This document shows positions 50,329-63,066 of a stretch of DNA of 64,000 bases, in pieces. The position numbers and the translations under genes are program-made. Every line of letters starts with the position of its first letter. Position 1 is the first letter of the stretch. The stretch is from positions 2,075,071 through 2,139,070 of the forward strand of contig NW_015174272.1 of assembly GCF_001447785.1 (NCBI RefSeq), given 5' to 3'. Origin of the DNA: Gekko japonicus. Its lineage: Eukaryota. The notes below the pieces were generated by a model, which was given only the letters and a program-made list of their open reading frames with translations, was not told the origin of the DNA and ran no database searches.

Positions 50329-50689
50329 GGGGGGGAATGAGCATCAATTCCCTTAATATCATATATCCTCTCCTTACCAGGATTTTAAAAAAATCTCACA
50401 TACACAATACTGTTTTCATGCTCTTCATTGGATGTTTAAAATCTATGCTATTTGGTTGTGTCAAACATTTTGGTAGGTCTTTCTTTGGAAACTGGAATAA
50501 TTTCCCTTAAACTTTCTCTTTAGCTAAAATTGTGATATGCTTGAGCATCTGGAAACCAATAATAACTGCTGCCTTTGGCCTGCCACACAAAGGGCACTTT
50601 GTGTTCTAAACCGAGCTCAGTGGATAAATGCTGGCTTTTGGTAATGTTGCTCAGCACAGTAGAATGTACTATGGAACTTTGCTGGGACC

Positions 50690-52801
50690 TGAATGTCAGG
50701 CAGCTTGTATGTGCTCATGATGGAGGCTAGGATGAGGTTCCTTGCAACAGCAGCAAGTTGTTTTGGGATCTGAGGGACTGGCTAAGACTTGGCAATGAAC
50801 TTGGGACGAAGCTGTGAGGAACACAATATAGAGCCCAACTGAAGGCCTATGAGGTGGCAGTGAAAGCAGTGAAAAAAGATAATTTCACCACCTTCATTGG
50901 ACCGCTAGCTTGCAGCCAGCTCAATTATTCAGATTGGTTCAACAGTTGACGTGTCCTAAAACTGATACCGATTTTGTCCTTTAGCTGTGATTCATTTGCA
51001 AAGTTTTTTGCTGATAAAATCTGTAAGCTCCTCCTGGATCTGGCCACTGAACTTAATAACAGTAGTGTGATGGGGGCTCTGCTTGCACTGTCAGGTTCTT
51101 TTTTGGACTCTTTTGGCCTGCTCACCCTTGCAAATGTTGACAGGATCCTGTCAGCTGTGAACCTGCTGCTTGGATCCTTGTCCCTCATGGCTGGTAAAAT
51201 CATGCCATGAAGTGGTTAGTGGCCCTTTGAGACAGATTAATAATTTGTCTCACAGGGCTATTTCCCCAGCTCCCTTAAGGAGGTGATTGTTAGACCTTTG
51301 CTAACCTTTGCTTGTTAGATAAAAAAGGAGCTGGCCAGTTACCACGCAGTGTCTAATCTACCTTTTCTGGGGAAGGTAGTTGAGGGGCAGTGGCTGAGCA
51401 GCTCCAGATTATCCTGGATGAGACATCTGCCCTGGACCCTTTTCAATCAGGTTTCAGGCATGGCTTTGGGACCGAGACAGCTCTGGTTGCTTTGGCTGAC
51501 AATCTCCATTTACATCTGGATAAAGGCATGCTGGCAGTGTTGATCTTTCTGGATCTATCAGCAGCTTTCGATATAGTTGACCATTTGGTCCTGATCAACT
51601 GCCTTGCCTCCCTGGGGGTAAAGGCCGTAGCTGGTTTTCCTCATTCCGCCAGGGATGCTCTTAGAGGGTTGCTATTGGGGAGGAAAGGTCTTCCTGATGA
51701 GACCTGAATTGTGGGGTCCCACAGGGTTCGATCTTCTCTGTGCTGTTATTTAACATATCTATGCACCGTCTTTTCAAGATTGTAAGGAGATTTGAAGTTG
51801 GGTGCCATCGATGTGCTGATGACACTGAACTCTTCCTTCTGCTGGATAAGCAGCCAACGGTAGGCTCTTGGCAGTATCCTAGTGCCTTGATGCAGTAGTC
51901 CAGTGGTTGGGATCTGACTGAAGTTGAATCCATCCAAGACGGTGGCCACGTGGCTGGAAAAGACTGAGATGTTAGGTGGAGGGTCACTCCCAAGATTCTG
52001 TGGTGTCCAGCTGACAGCTTTAGACTCTGTAAAGGGTCTCGGGATGTGGTTAGATTCTGAACTATCATTGGATAAACAAGTGTCCGTGGTAGTACAGTTG
52101 GTATTTTAGCTTACGCCAGGCCTGCCAGCTGGCTCCTTATTTGTCTGGGTCAGACCTTGCAACATTGATCCATGAAATGGTCACCTCCAGATTGGACTTC
52201 TGCACTTCGCTCTGCATAGGACAACCCTTGAAAATGCTTCGGAGACTGCAGGTGGTCCAGAATGCAGCTTCCTGGTTGCTGACTGGAACATCATGGTCAG
52301 ATCATATTACTCCAATTTTGCAGCAGTTGCACTGGCTACCAGTTAGTCTCTGGATTCAATTCAAGGTGTTGGTGTTAACCTTTAAAGCCCTTAACAGTCT
52401 GGGGCCCTCATACCTATGGGACTACCTTGCTCCCTTCGGTCATAGTCTAGGGGCCTTTTACAAGTGCCTGGCCCCAGGATGGCTCAGTTAACTGTCACTG
52501 GGGAAAGGCCTTCTTAGTTGTGGCCCCTAGCCTGTGGAATGCACTCTCAGATGATATCTGTGTCCTGCCAGACTTGTTTAGTTTCGGCAGGGTATGCAAA
52601 GCCGAATTGTTTGATTTTGGGTTTTTTTAGTGGTATGGTGCTATTCACATATTTTAATAGTTTAATATATTAATATTAATATTTAATATTTGTTATTTGT
52701 TTTATATTGTTTTTACCTCATTATATGTTTTTAATGTTGTAAGTCACCGTGAGACCCTTTGGGTCAGTGGCGACTAAAAAAAATTTCTAATAAATAAATA
52801 A
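50690..52801 (+). mobile_element. L2-clade LINE fragment
   Basis: SNLPFLGK, LDPFQSGFR..TETAL, LDLSAAFDIVDH, HITPILQQLHWLPV; (AATA)n tail. Confidence 0.92.
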
Positions 52802-52876
52802 GACTATTCCTATGCTGCGTGGAAGCTAACTTGTGCCTTTACGTGCAGTCTGTTGTGCTTGGCCACATCCACGAAG

Positions 52877-52976
52877 ATGAATGGCTGGGTTTCAAGCATG
52901 CTCTGCATGTCCGTCGTCCTCTTACTGCTGTTAAAGGGTGCCCTTACCCGGAAGAGCCAAGATCTCCATTGTGGAG
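52877..52976 (+). CDS. CNPY2: CNPY2 (canopy 2/MSAP) coding exon 1, signal peptide
   Basis: MNGWVSSMLCMSVVLLLLLKGALTRKSQDLHCG; hydrophobic signal peptide; Kozak AAGATG; acceptor tgcag| at 52849; donor G|gtaaaa. Confidence 0.94.
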
Positions 52977-54227
52977 GTAAAAGGAGCAAACTAAACCATC
53001 TACTAGTTATTTAATTAATTACACAGTAGTGGCCGTACTGAATATATGTCAGCACATTACAGATGTGTTGATTTTCCTAGTGCTATCTAACTTTCTGATT
53101 TCAGCAAGCACAGTTTTGATTTGATTGCTGAGGTCTCTGAGGCATTTCTAAAGGACACAGTGAATTCTAGATGTCATGGGAAGGTTGATAGTGGTGGGCA
53201 AGCTGGTGAAATTTATCTTCTATTTCTTGCTTTCTTATTGTAGATAACAGAACTATACATAACATGCAGATTATATTCATTACTTTGAAAACTGAACATA
53301 GCTGAGTTTCAGGCATGCTCTGCCCGTCCCTAAATGGTCTGTGACCATCATACCTGAAGGACCACTGTGATCCCCCACGTTGTCTCTGTTCTTCATCACA
53401 CAATCTTTTAGTGGTACCCGGCTCTCAAGTGGCTCACCTACCAGAGTAAGGGTCTTCCTGGTCAAATGCTCTATCAGAGGACACAAATTGTATTTTACTT
53501 GTTATAAGCCACCCCAAGCCTCACATGTCAAGGGAGTGATGAGGTACAAATTTGATGAATAAATAAATAAGCTGTGGGAGCTGCAGTTCAAAGGTAGAAA
53601 CTGACATGTGGGGGGAGGGGCAAAGGCCTATTTAACTCTCTTCCCTTTGCATTGTGTTCCACCAAAAATTGCCATTACCGTGTTGCTTTTGCCCCTGCTG
53701 GGGGGAACACATGCAGGTACCCACAAATCTGTGTAATTTCCCCCCTCACAGTTGGGGCAGAATCAGCTTGGAGGTGGCACTTTTCAGTGGGAAATGACAC
53801 AAGAAAAATAGCACTGTTTTCCTTAAGTCAGTTTGTCTTTAGATCCTAGTCCCAGCAGCTGCATTTTGTTAAAAGGCAAAAATAATTGCTGGGTTTGTAC
53901 AGTATGTGTACTTTTTGCCCTTAGTCCAGCCAGCAGAGGTTTGCCATCTGGACCCAGCATAGCACTTGCTCTTAAAATATGCTCCTTTATTATGTACCTT
54001 GCATCAGAATCTTCCACTGTATGCTTAAGGGGTGTGCATCTGTATGTTTTGCACTGTAATGGGGTGAGTGGCTGGGAGATTAATACTGGTAAATCTCTAC
54101 CAAAGCACTTGTTGCTCTTCACTCTGAAGGAGGGGGTGAAAATGCCTCTTCCCTGCCTTTCAGCTGATGTACAAGAGAATCAATGGGAAGGACCAGCATC
54201 ACTCAGTTCAAAATACAGCCCCTGTTA

Positions 54228-54266
54228 NNNNNNNNNNNNNNNNNNNNNNNNNNNNNNNNNNNNNNN
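54228..54266. other. Assembly gap (39 N)
   Basis: Run of N. Confidence 0.99.
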
Positions 54267-55571
54267 TAATTAAGGGGTGAGTCCAATGTTGCCTGTCCTG
54301 GGGGAGACTGCCAAGACATGATTTCTGCATTTATATTGGTTTTACTTTGCAAATCAGCTCAAATGTATGACACAGTTGTGCACTAGAACACCCCTGGTGG
54401 TAGCTAGGCCTTGACATGGAAGCCTATTGTGTAATTGGGCTAGTGGTATGGTCAGCATAATACAAATGTTCTGTCCCACCATACGAAGTGCTTATCGGGA
54501 AGGGAGGTGTTTGGACTGCTAATGTCCTTCCACAAGACCCACGTCTTTCAGAAAACAATGTTTTGGAACTACCATAGCTTCAGCTTAGCTGTGGCTACTA
54601 GATTTTCTCTTATGAAGGGTTGCTAGTTTCCAAAGCAGAAATGGCACCTGTTGTTTTAACAGCAGAGCTGAAGGCCTTCTTGATGCTGGAGGTGAGAAGG
54701 AGACTAGGCGTACAGAATTGTTTTATTGCCCTGGAAAGTCTTAAAGCAACTGGTGTTGTCTTCAGGTCAACAGAGGGGAACACTATCCACTCATTTTCAG
54801 CCCTTTCTGTAGACATGCATACAATTTATCTACCTAATACTAATTGTAAGTAGATCACAATACATCACAATTACTGGTGTGCACAATTGTATGACATCAA
54901 AGATAACTCCAAGGGGTAGTGGATCCTTTCCCACAATTTTTCCTGCTTTTGCTTCCCTAGCTAATAATTGTTGCATATTAAAGTCCTAAAGCATGTATTT
55001 ATCTGCCTCTGTTCTATGAAGTATGTGGATAATGTGTATAGCAAGATCTTTGTTCCCCCTTGTTGCACCTTCACTCCCCTGAAGTCGTAGAGTCACCTAT
55101 GTGTGAAATGTTTCATGTTTGCAGTAGGTTTTGTCTTGAATACTGCATTTATTCAGATTACAAATTTTCACAAAAATGTTGGAACTGGGTGTAAATCATC
55201 AGGGTTTAGGTCCATATGATAGTTGAAAGGCGGGAATTGGATTTTGGAAATGGCCACTGGTGGGATCGATGAGCATTTGATTGGTAGCACATGAGTGAAA
55301 TGGAAAGCTGAGGTAAGCTCTGCAGTGGGTAGCCAAGGTTTTTGATCCTATTTGGATTTGTCTGGATAACTTCCTGTTGAGAGTTTTGAATAGTCCTATG
55401 AACAGCACCAGAAGGTCATTTAATCCAGCCCTGTAATGTGGGGAAATAAGAATCCTTTTGTTTTTATGTTTAAGACTAGATTCTGAATGTGCCTTTTGAA
55501 ATTATGTCTTTAGCATGAATAATCTCTTCATTAGTTGTTGCTATCTGGATTTAAGTTTTATTTCCTTTTAG

Positions 55572-55687
55572 CATGTCGGGCCCTGGTAGATGAACTGGAG
55601 TGGGAAATTTCTCAGGTAGACCCCAAGAAAACCATCCAGATGGGTTCCTTCCGCATCAATCCAGATGGAAGTCAGTCGGTTGTAGAG
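55572..55687 (+). CDS. CNPY2: CNPY2 coding exon 2
   Basis: ACRALVDELEWEISQVDPKKTIQMGSFRINPDGSQSVVE; tag|...|gtaatt; 116 nt. Confidence 0.97.
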
Positions 55688-57944
55688 GTAATTGGATTTT
55701 TCTGTTTATTTGTTCATTTAGAAAGTACTCATGTGTTACTGTTCTGCTTGATGCCAAGTGTATACAGTGTTGCCAAGTGTATACAGTGTTTTACAATAAA
55801 AGGGAATTGTTCCACATACAATAACGATAATAACAAAAAAAGAAACAAAGGCAACATTGTCAGATAAATGCATAGGAAATGTAAAATGTCTTCTTTCTTC
55901 TCCTTAGGTGTTACTGTTGCTGAAGCTCAAATTGTTTCTCTTTAAAGGCTCTGGAACAGCCACAGGAAAATAGTATACCTGGCTGGAGGGCTATGTAGCA
56001 ACTAGGGCCGGGTAGCAGCAGGTATTTTCATCCCTTGGGAGCAGGTGTCTCCTCATTCAGACAGCTGAAGAGCTCTTGGCCCTTCCTTAATAGCAGTGGC
56101 GACTGATGGAAACACTAGGATGGCAATGATGTCATTCTTATCTCTAGAACAGGAGATGAGGAAATATTTTGGACACTGCTGTATGATTGACATCTGTGGA
56201 AACAGTCTTCTGCTTGGATGATAAACTTTTGATAAAAAGAAATGGAGACTCTAGAATCTTTCTTGCTCTTATTCCTTCCCTCCTTCCCTAGCTCTATAGA
56301 AGTTTCCCAAATGGGCTGAGGCTGTATAGTCAAGAAGGTATTTCTCTTTCAAAATGAGGTAAAGGCATGCTCAGCATTCTGTGAGAGACATCCATCAGCT
56401 AATCTGTTTATTTTCATATACCTCAATAGCCTTACTGCCAAAAAGCCTGAGGCAATTTACAGCTGAAAATATAAAATCAAACCATAAAACAGACATTATA
56501 TAAGAGTCTTAGAACAAAATTCAACAATCAGTTAAAAATCTAGAAACACAGAGTCCAGTGTAACTAATTAAAGCAGCAAAAACTTTCCCCAGCTGCTTAA
56601 AACAGATGAGCTTTCAGTGGTGTCATAAAGCCAACAAGGTGGTGTGTTGACACACCTGTATAGGCAATTAATTCTAGAGCACTGGGCTCATGGTTAAAAG
56701 AGTTATGATTCTTCCTCTGGCTATTTTACATCAACCTTTAAAAAAAAATTATTGAACAATATAACAATATTACAAAGTGACAGTAGAATGGAGTGCAATC
56801 AACAAAGAGCAGCAAAAGATAAATACAAACAAAGCTCCAAATATCACACACATCTTAACAGATATAAATTAGCATTGGAACCTTCAATATAGCATGAAAA
56901 GGAATAATTACAATTCATTCAATATGAACAGAGAAGAGAGATCTGACTCTTGACTAGTACATAACAACTATTTGAGATGCCTGACGAATGCTTGTGTAAC
57001 AAGGGGTACCATTTCCCTAGAAGACTGGGCGAGGGACCTCTAGACTTATCTAACCTTGATGTGGGAGTTCTCAGCAGCACTCAATGAACTTAGCAATGAT
57101 GGGGTGTACATCTCATTTTGAGTGCCACTGTTAGAGCAGTTACCTCCAGTGTGGTGTCCACAGGCATCATGGTATCTGCTAATGTTTCATGGCACACACT
57201 TCTTTCCTCCCCCAAGCAAACAGCCAGTCTTGCTTTCCTCCAACTCACTTGGGCTGGAGTTCCTTCAGAGGAACCCAAGTGGTACCACCTTCATATCTGT
57301 AGGCAGCATCCATTTGGAAGTGGCAGTCTCTATTATAGGTAGACAAGCGGCTTGGAGCTTCACAACAAGGGCCAAGGCAGCTATTTTGTGATTGGCCATG
57401 CCCCTCATGACCGATTTTGTGATGGCACCCTACTGCCTGTTTGCAAAGCTTCTAGAGTGCTCCAGAAACTCAGCAAGGTTGGGGACCTATAGGTTAGAAT
57501 GTTCAATTAGGGCTCAGGAGTCCTTGGTTCAAATTCCCAGCCTTCTCTTAAACTGGCTGGGTCACCTTTGCCAATAATTCTCTGTCAGCCTAATTTACCT
57601 CTCAAGGCTGTTGTAATCCTCTGCTTGTAGGAAGGGGATTAAACCAAGGTTTGGAATTATGGTTTGTGGGGAGAAAAATTCTAATTTGCATAGGTGCCTG
57701 TATTGGGAAGTCACAGCAAAATGAAGTTTGACTCAAGGCTTCCCAAATCTAGAAGACTTCAGTCACAGTTCTTCTGTATTGGAGGAGGGAGAAGACATCA
57801 TGCTTTTCATGGGCAAACTTCTATTTGTCATGAAGTCAACTGAAACTACTGTGTACCAGAGTGGAAATGGGGTTGTTTTTATTGTTGGCTGTGGTAAAGA
57901 GGCTTTTGCCATCTGCCTAGCAGACTGTCTTCATTCTGCCATAG

Positions 57945-58142
57945 GTGCCCTATGCCAGGTCTGAAGCTCACCTGACAGAATTGTTGGAGCGTATTTGTGA
58001 GAACATGAAAGACTATGGAGAGAATCTGGATCCATCCACCCACCGTAAAAGTTATGTAAGGGTTATCTCTCATGACGGGACTAAAATGGACCTTTCTGAA
58101 ACCAAATTTGACAGTGATGTGTCGTCAAGCCTGAAATTTGTG
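57945..58142 (+). CDS. CNPY2: CNPY2 coding exon 3
   Basis: VPYARSEAHLTELLERICENMKDYGENLDPSTHRKSYVRVISHDGTKMDLSETKFDSDVSSSLKFV; tag|...|gtgagt; 198 nt. Confidence 0.97.
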
Positions 58143-58976
58143 GTGAGTACACAGCTGGCTGTTGTAAGTCTTGGCATTTGGAAAAAGGAGATCTTACTGT
58201 TGGATCCTTTGTAGCAAATATTATGTAGTAAATTAGTTGCAGTATTATGGCTTAAAGCTAGCATTTTGGGCTATCTCCTTGATATACAGAATATATTATG
58301 GACATAGGACAGAAAAGGATAGATACAATAGACAATATATAAGAAGACTAGCCATCACGGCAGTCTGTAGTTTGCATGCCAAGCAGCTAAGCCCCATCAA
58401 GCTTTTAATAGGTTTCTTCGGAGTATCCTTAGGTTCTGTGCAGTCTCTTCCCCTTCTGCGTAAGCTAAACATTGGGGGTGGTGAGGGGGTTGCATCAAAT
58501 AGCTACATTCATTTCCAGTTTCTTTGTTGCCACCCATGTTCCTGCAGTACCTTTAATAATTTTTTATTTCCTTCATTTTTTGTCTGCCGTTCTTGTTGAG
58601 GCTCAAGGCCTATTACTGCAGGAGCCAGTGGATAAGCACCACTCATATACCCATGTGATCAGCCTGCTTAGCAAGGGAGCATTCATTATGATGGCTATAA
58701 GGGCATGTATATTGGCTTCCATATGTATAACAGTGTTTCTGCTTGTGGAATGAGAGGAGCCATGTCATCAACATGATAATGGCTAATACAGTAGGCTCTC
58801 ACTCCTACACAGGCAGGCTCAATTTGAATTTTGACTATTTTCCATTTTACAGCCTGTCATAAGAGGAGAGTTGCCAAAGTAGTCTTGACCCTCGTATTAG
58901 TGGTGTTTATGATTGGCTGTGCCTGTGGGATGGGCAGCAGAGTTGCTTGACTGGTTTCTTTGGTTCTCGTGTGCAG

Positions 58977-59073
58977 TGTGAGAGTATAGCCGAAGAGTAT
59001 GAAGATGAACTCATAGAGTTCTTCTCCCATGAGGCAGAAAACGTGAAGGACCGACTATGCAGCAAACGCACAG
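58977..59073 (+). CDS. CNPY2: CNPY2 coding exon 4
   Basis: CESIAEEYEDELIEFFSHEAENVKDRLCSKRT; cag|...|gtgagc; 97 nt; final HDEL exon not seen in the window. Confidence 0.96.
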
Positions 59074-60919
59074 GTGAGCGTGTGGGATTCCAGGATCAGG
59101 GGCTTTAAGAATGGGCTCAGTCAGCATTAGCAGACTTTAAAAAGAGGTAGGAATCAGATCATACTATACATTTTCTGGGCAATTCATGGTGTTGAAAGGG
59201 AAGGGATTTGGTTGTAACATTCAGTCAGTCCATTGGACTAATTGATTGAATCCTTATTGATCGTTTTAAAAGGTGTCCCCAATTAATTGGGATGTAGATA
59301 TTGCAGTATGCTTTATTATTTTTAACATGGTTACTTACAAGAACCACAGGTAGCAGGTGCCATTTTTACAAGAGGCGTACCTTGTTCTATCTTGCAAAGG
59401 AATATTTCTTTTAAGATGTTTCTCTTTTCTACATACATGGGATTGTGTGAAGCACCAGGGGTCTCTTTGGGATCAGCAGTACCTTCTAGCATCTTGCTCC
59501 CTTGACACTGGGCAGGGGTGGGGCTAAACACCACGGCCAACCTCACACTCCCCCTGGAAAACCTGACCCTGTTGGGGCTGGCCAGCTTGGACATGAGGCA
59601 GGTTCCAGGTCAGCTGGTGTGCCTGGGCCCTCAGTATGGGGTGGAACCTCACTACCCTGTCACCCTATTGGGAAGATAGTCCAGCACCACCAAGTGAGCC
59701 CAAGGCTGCTGGGGTGTCATGTTCACTGTGTAAAAAATAAGTAAAGGATGCAGTGTTCTTCAGAACCATGTATTATGCAGGGTTAACTGATTAAGATTTA
59801 TTTAATCTTGGGGGAAATTGACTTGCATAGGAATCTTCTTCCCAACAAGTTAGACTGAAAAATGTCTTGTTAGGCAACAAGTAGAAATTGTCAGCTAAAA
59901 CTTTTAAAAGTTTGAGCTCGCTCCTGTGCCTTGTCTGTCTGTGTCTCCATTCTTACAACATACCCAGCCATGGTTCAGGCTAACCCAGTTCAGAATCCAA
60001 ACCATGATTTGAGCCTCCAGACATACAACAGAAACCCTGGCTTTAAGTTGCTTCACTACTTTTATTCACTGTCCTTATTGTAATTAGCCTCACTCCTCCT
60101 TCTGTGGAGCAGCAGCCTCTGGAGGCAGAGTTATGGCCATAGTCTTGTAAATTCAGGCATGGTGCCATTGCCAAACTTCTGATTCTGGTTGCCAGCCAAT
60201 TGCAAATATGTGAATTCAGACATCACATCAAACTGTGTTCTAGCATACTGCAAATAAATAAAACCTGCCGCTGCCAGAAAGATCTGAGTATCCCAAACAC
60301 TGAAATTATCAACATATGAAGAAAGCACGGTGTTGATAGCTGTATTCCATCTTTTACAACCGTCTGAAGATTTTTTATTTCCCTTTTTTATTTCTGCCAA
60401 TTAGTTTCGTGGAGCCAAGAGAACAGACCAATAAAATCTCTCCTTGCTTCCTTCTTTTTCCAAAGACGTTCATTGGCTGTCAAAAGAATGACAGGTTGCC
60501 AGGTTGCCTTTGAGGCAGCTTGCATGTAGCACTGAGCTATTTTTGGACAACAACCTTGACTGTGCTTGTTTCCACCTGACCCTTGCCCCCTGCTGTTTTA
60601 GGACAGGAGGCATGCCATGGCACTACAGCCAGAGTATATCCATTGTGCAGTATCTGTTTTTGACCAGTATCAGCAAACACAGCAGTGCTTACCTGATAGA
60701 TCAGTAAGATAAGGGTACCATCAGCTGTTTGCTGGCAGGAATGTCCTTGATGATTGTCTGGTAACTAGATCAACTGTATGTTTGCCTATATGCATGGCTA
60801 GATTTTATAATGATTAAAAAGGTAAGTTAACCCTGTTTGTTGATCCTGTGGTCCAATAACTCAGTCATCTGTTCTACATTCCTTCTACATAAAAGAGGTA
60901 ATGAAAATGTCTGGGAGGG

Positions 60920-61090
60920 AAGCATGGCTGAATGGTGGAGCACATAATCTTGCATAAAGTAGGCCCCAGGTTCAGTCCTCAGTCTTCTCAGTTAATAAGG
61001 ACCTTGAAAATTTTGTGCTGGAAAAGACCTTTCTCTGCTGGAGAGCCTCTTCCAGAGTAGACTGAGCTAAATAGGCCAATGGTTGGATGC
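60920..61090 (+). mobile_element. tRNA-derived SINE (old)
   Basis: Degenerate A box TGGCTGAATGG and B box GGTTCAGTCC. Confidence 0.5.
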
Positions 61091-61220
61091 CATATGGGGT
61101 TGGAGCTTTATATATAAGTCAACCATTAGGGAAGTTGTTGTGGATGCATCTCACTGGGCCTAGACAGACACAGGCAGAGATGCAAGCCCGTTACCGTGAT
61201 CACATATTTAATAGTGATGA

Positions 61221-61778
61221 CCTAAGGGACCGCCTCTTCCCGTATGTTCCCCCAAGAGCGCTGCAATCGGGGAGTCTCAACCTCCTCGAGGTTCCGGGCC
61301 CCCGAGACATCAAGCTTGCCCTAACCAAGGCCAGGGCATTTTCGGTGGCGGCTCCTACCTGGTGGAATGAGCTCCCGGCGGAGATCCGGGCCCTGCGGGC
61401 CCTTGTACAGTTCCGCAGGGCCTGCAAGACGGAGCTCTTCCGCCAGACTTTTGAGTAGGAGCCGCCACCGCCGCCGCCGCCTCTATACCACCTCCATGAC
61501 TCGACCCTATCATCTACCCTGTTTCTGGGAGGGGGGTAGATGTCGCCCGGTTGAGGAACATCACTCCTGGCGCTCACGCTACTACAACACCGGCCGCCAA
61601 TGAGGGACATTGTGCATCTTGGGAAATTTAGTGAACTGTAGAGCACCATTTTGGCTTGTATGTATTAATGTTTTAATGTATTTTATATTTTATTCTGGCG
61701 TTGCCGCTTGTTCGCCGCCCTTGGCCGCTTCGGTAGGGCGGGATATAAATCCCAAGTAAATAAAAAAAAGAAAAAAAA
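61221..61778 (+). mobile_element. Young L2 3' end
   Basis: Open frame LRDRLFPY..AFSVAAPTWWNELP..FRRACKTELF*; CpG-rich 3'UTR; A-rich tail. Confidence 0.9.
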
Positions 61779-62179
61779 TGAGTTGCCTCGTGTGAATGGA
61801 AGTATTCTCAAAGAGGACCCATCTAGGACTAAAGTATATGTTTCTGCAGAAAACGATGAGGTCCTTAAAAAGTGTGGAGTCAACTCCTGCATAGACATTG
61901 TGGGGAGAGGGGAAAGGATATTCAGGCAATGTTTTAGCAATTATTGTTGGCTGACATTGTGTGATTCCCCCATCCAGAGGTGAAAGGGACCAAACTAGTG
62001 GATAGTAAAGGAGAGGGGTAAGAGTTTCCAAGGGGGAGGGGATACAGGAGCTGGTAGAGGGGAAACACCAGCTGGGGAGAAGGTAAGAAGTAGTAGAGAT
62101 GGGGGGAGGAACTGAAAAAACATCATGTTAGTATTAAGTACTGTCATGTCAACAGGAAAAAAAAGTAGGATGCCTTGTG

Positions 62180-63066
62180 GGGTTAAGTACCATCAGTTTG
62201 CTTCTGACTTACAGTGACCCTATGAATTAATGGCCTCCAAAACATTAATGTCCTTGCTCAGGCCTTGCAAACTGAGGGCCGTGGCTTCCTTTGTTGAATT
62301 AATCCATCTCATGTTTGTTTATTTATATTTATATTTATTTATACTTTTTATTTATATTCCGCCCTCCCCGCATGTTGAGTGTTCCTCTTTTTCTGCTGCC
62401 TTCAACGTTTCCGTCTTTTCCAATGACTCTTGTCTTCTCATAATGTGACCAAAGCACAATAACCTCAGTTTAGTCATTTTAGCTTCTAGGGAGAGTTCAG
62501 GCTTGATTTAATGAAGAACCCACTTATTTGTCTTTTTGGTGATCCACCACATTTCAAGTGACTCAAGTTTCTTCCTGTCAACTTTCTTCATTGTCCAACT
62601 TTCAAACCCATACCTAGTAATGGGGAATACCATGGCATGAATTATCTTGACACATCCTTATTTTTTCTGGCTCCATTGGCTTCTCTTCTGATTTATTGGT
62701 TGCAGTCTCCCTTATGATTGATAGAGCCAAGGAATAGAAAATCTTGAACAATTTCAATTTCTTCATTGTCAGCCTAACAGCTGTGTAATCCCCAGTAATC
62801 ATTACTTTTGTCTTCTTGATGCTAAGCTGTAATCCTGCTTTGGCACCATTTGCTTTAACCTCCATCAGTAGTCGTTTCAAGTCTTTGCTATTTTCTGCCA
62901 GTAATGAGGTGTCATCTGCATATCTCAATTTGTTTATGTTCCTTCCATCAGTTTGCACTCCACCTTCATCTAAATCTAATCCAGCTTTCTTTATATGTTC
63001 TGCATACATATTGAACAGACAGGAAAATAAAATGCATCCTTGTCTTCCACCTTTGCCAATTGGAAA
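62180..63066 (-). mobile_element. RTE-clade LINE 3' fragment
   Basis: GRQGCIL..INKLRYADDT; same family as 11286-14440. Confidence 0.9.

Noticed and set aside
61190-61225. RDHIFNSDDL as a diverged CNPY2 HDEL exon
   Set aside because: No acceptor, no stop after DDL; it runs into the L2 frame
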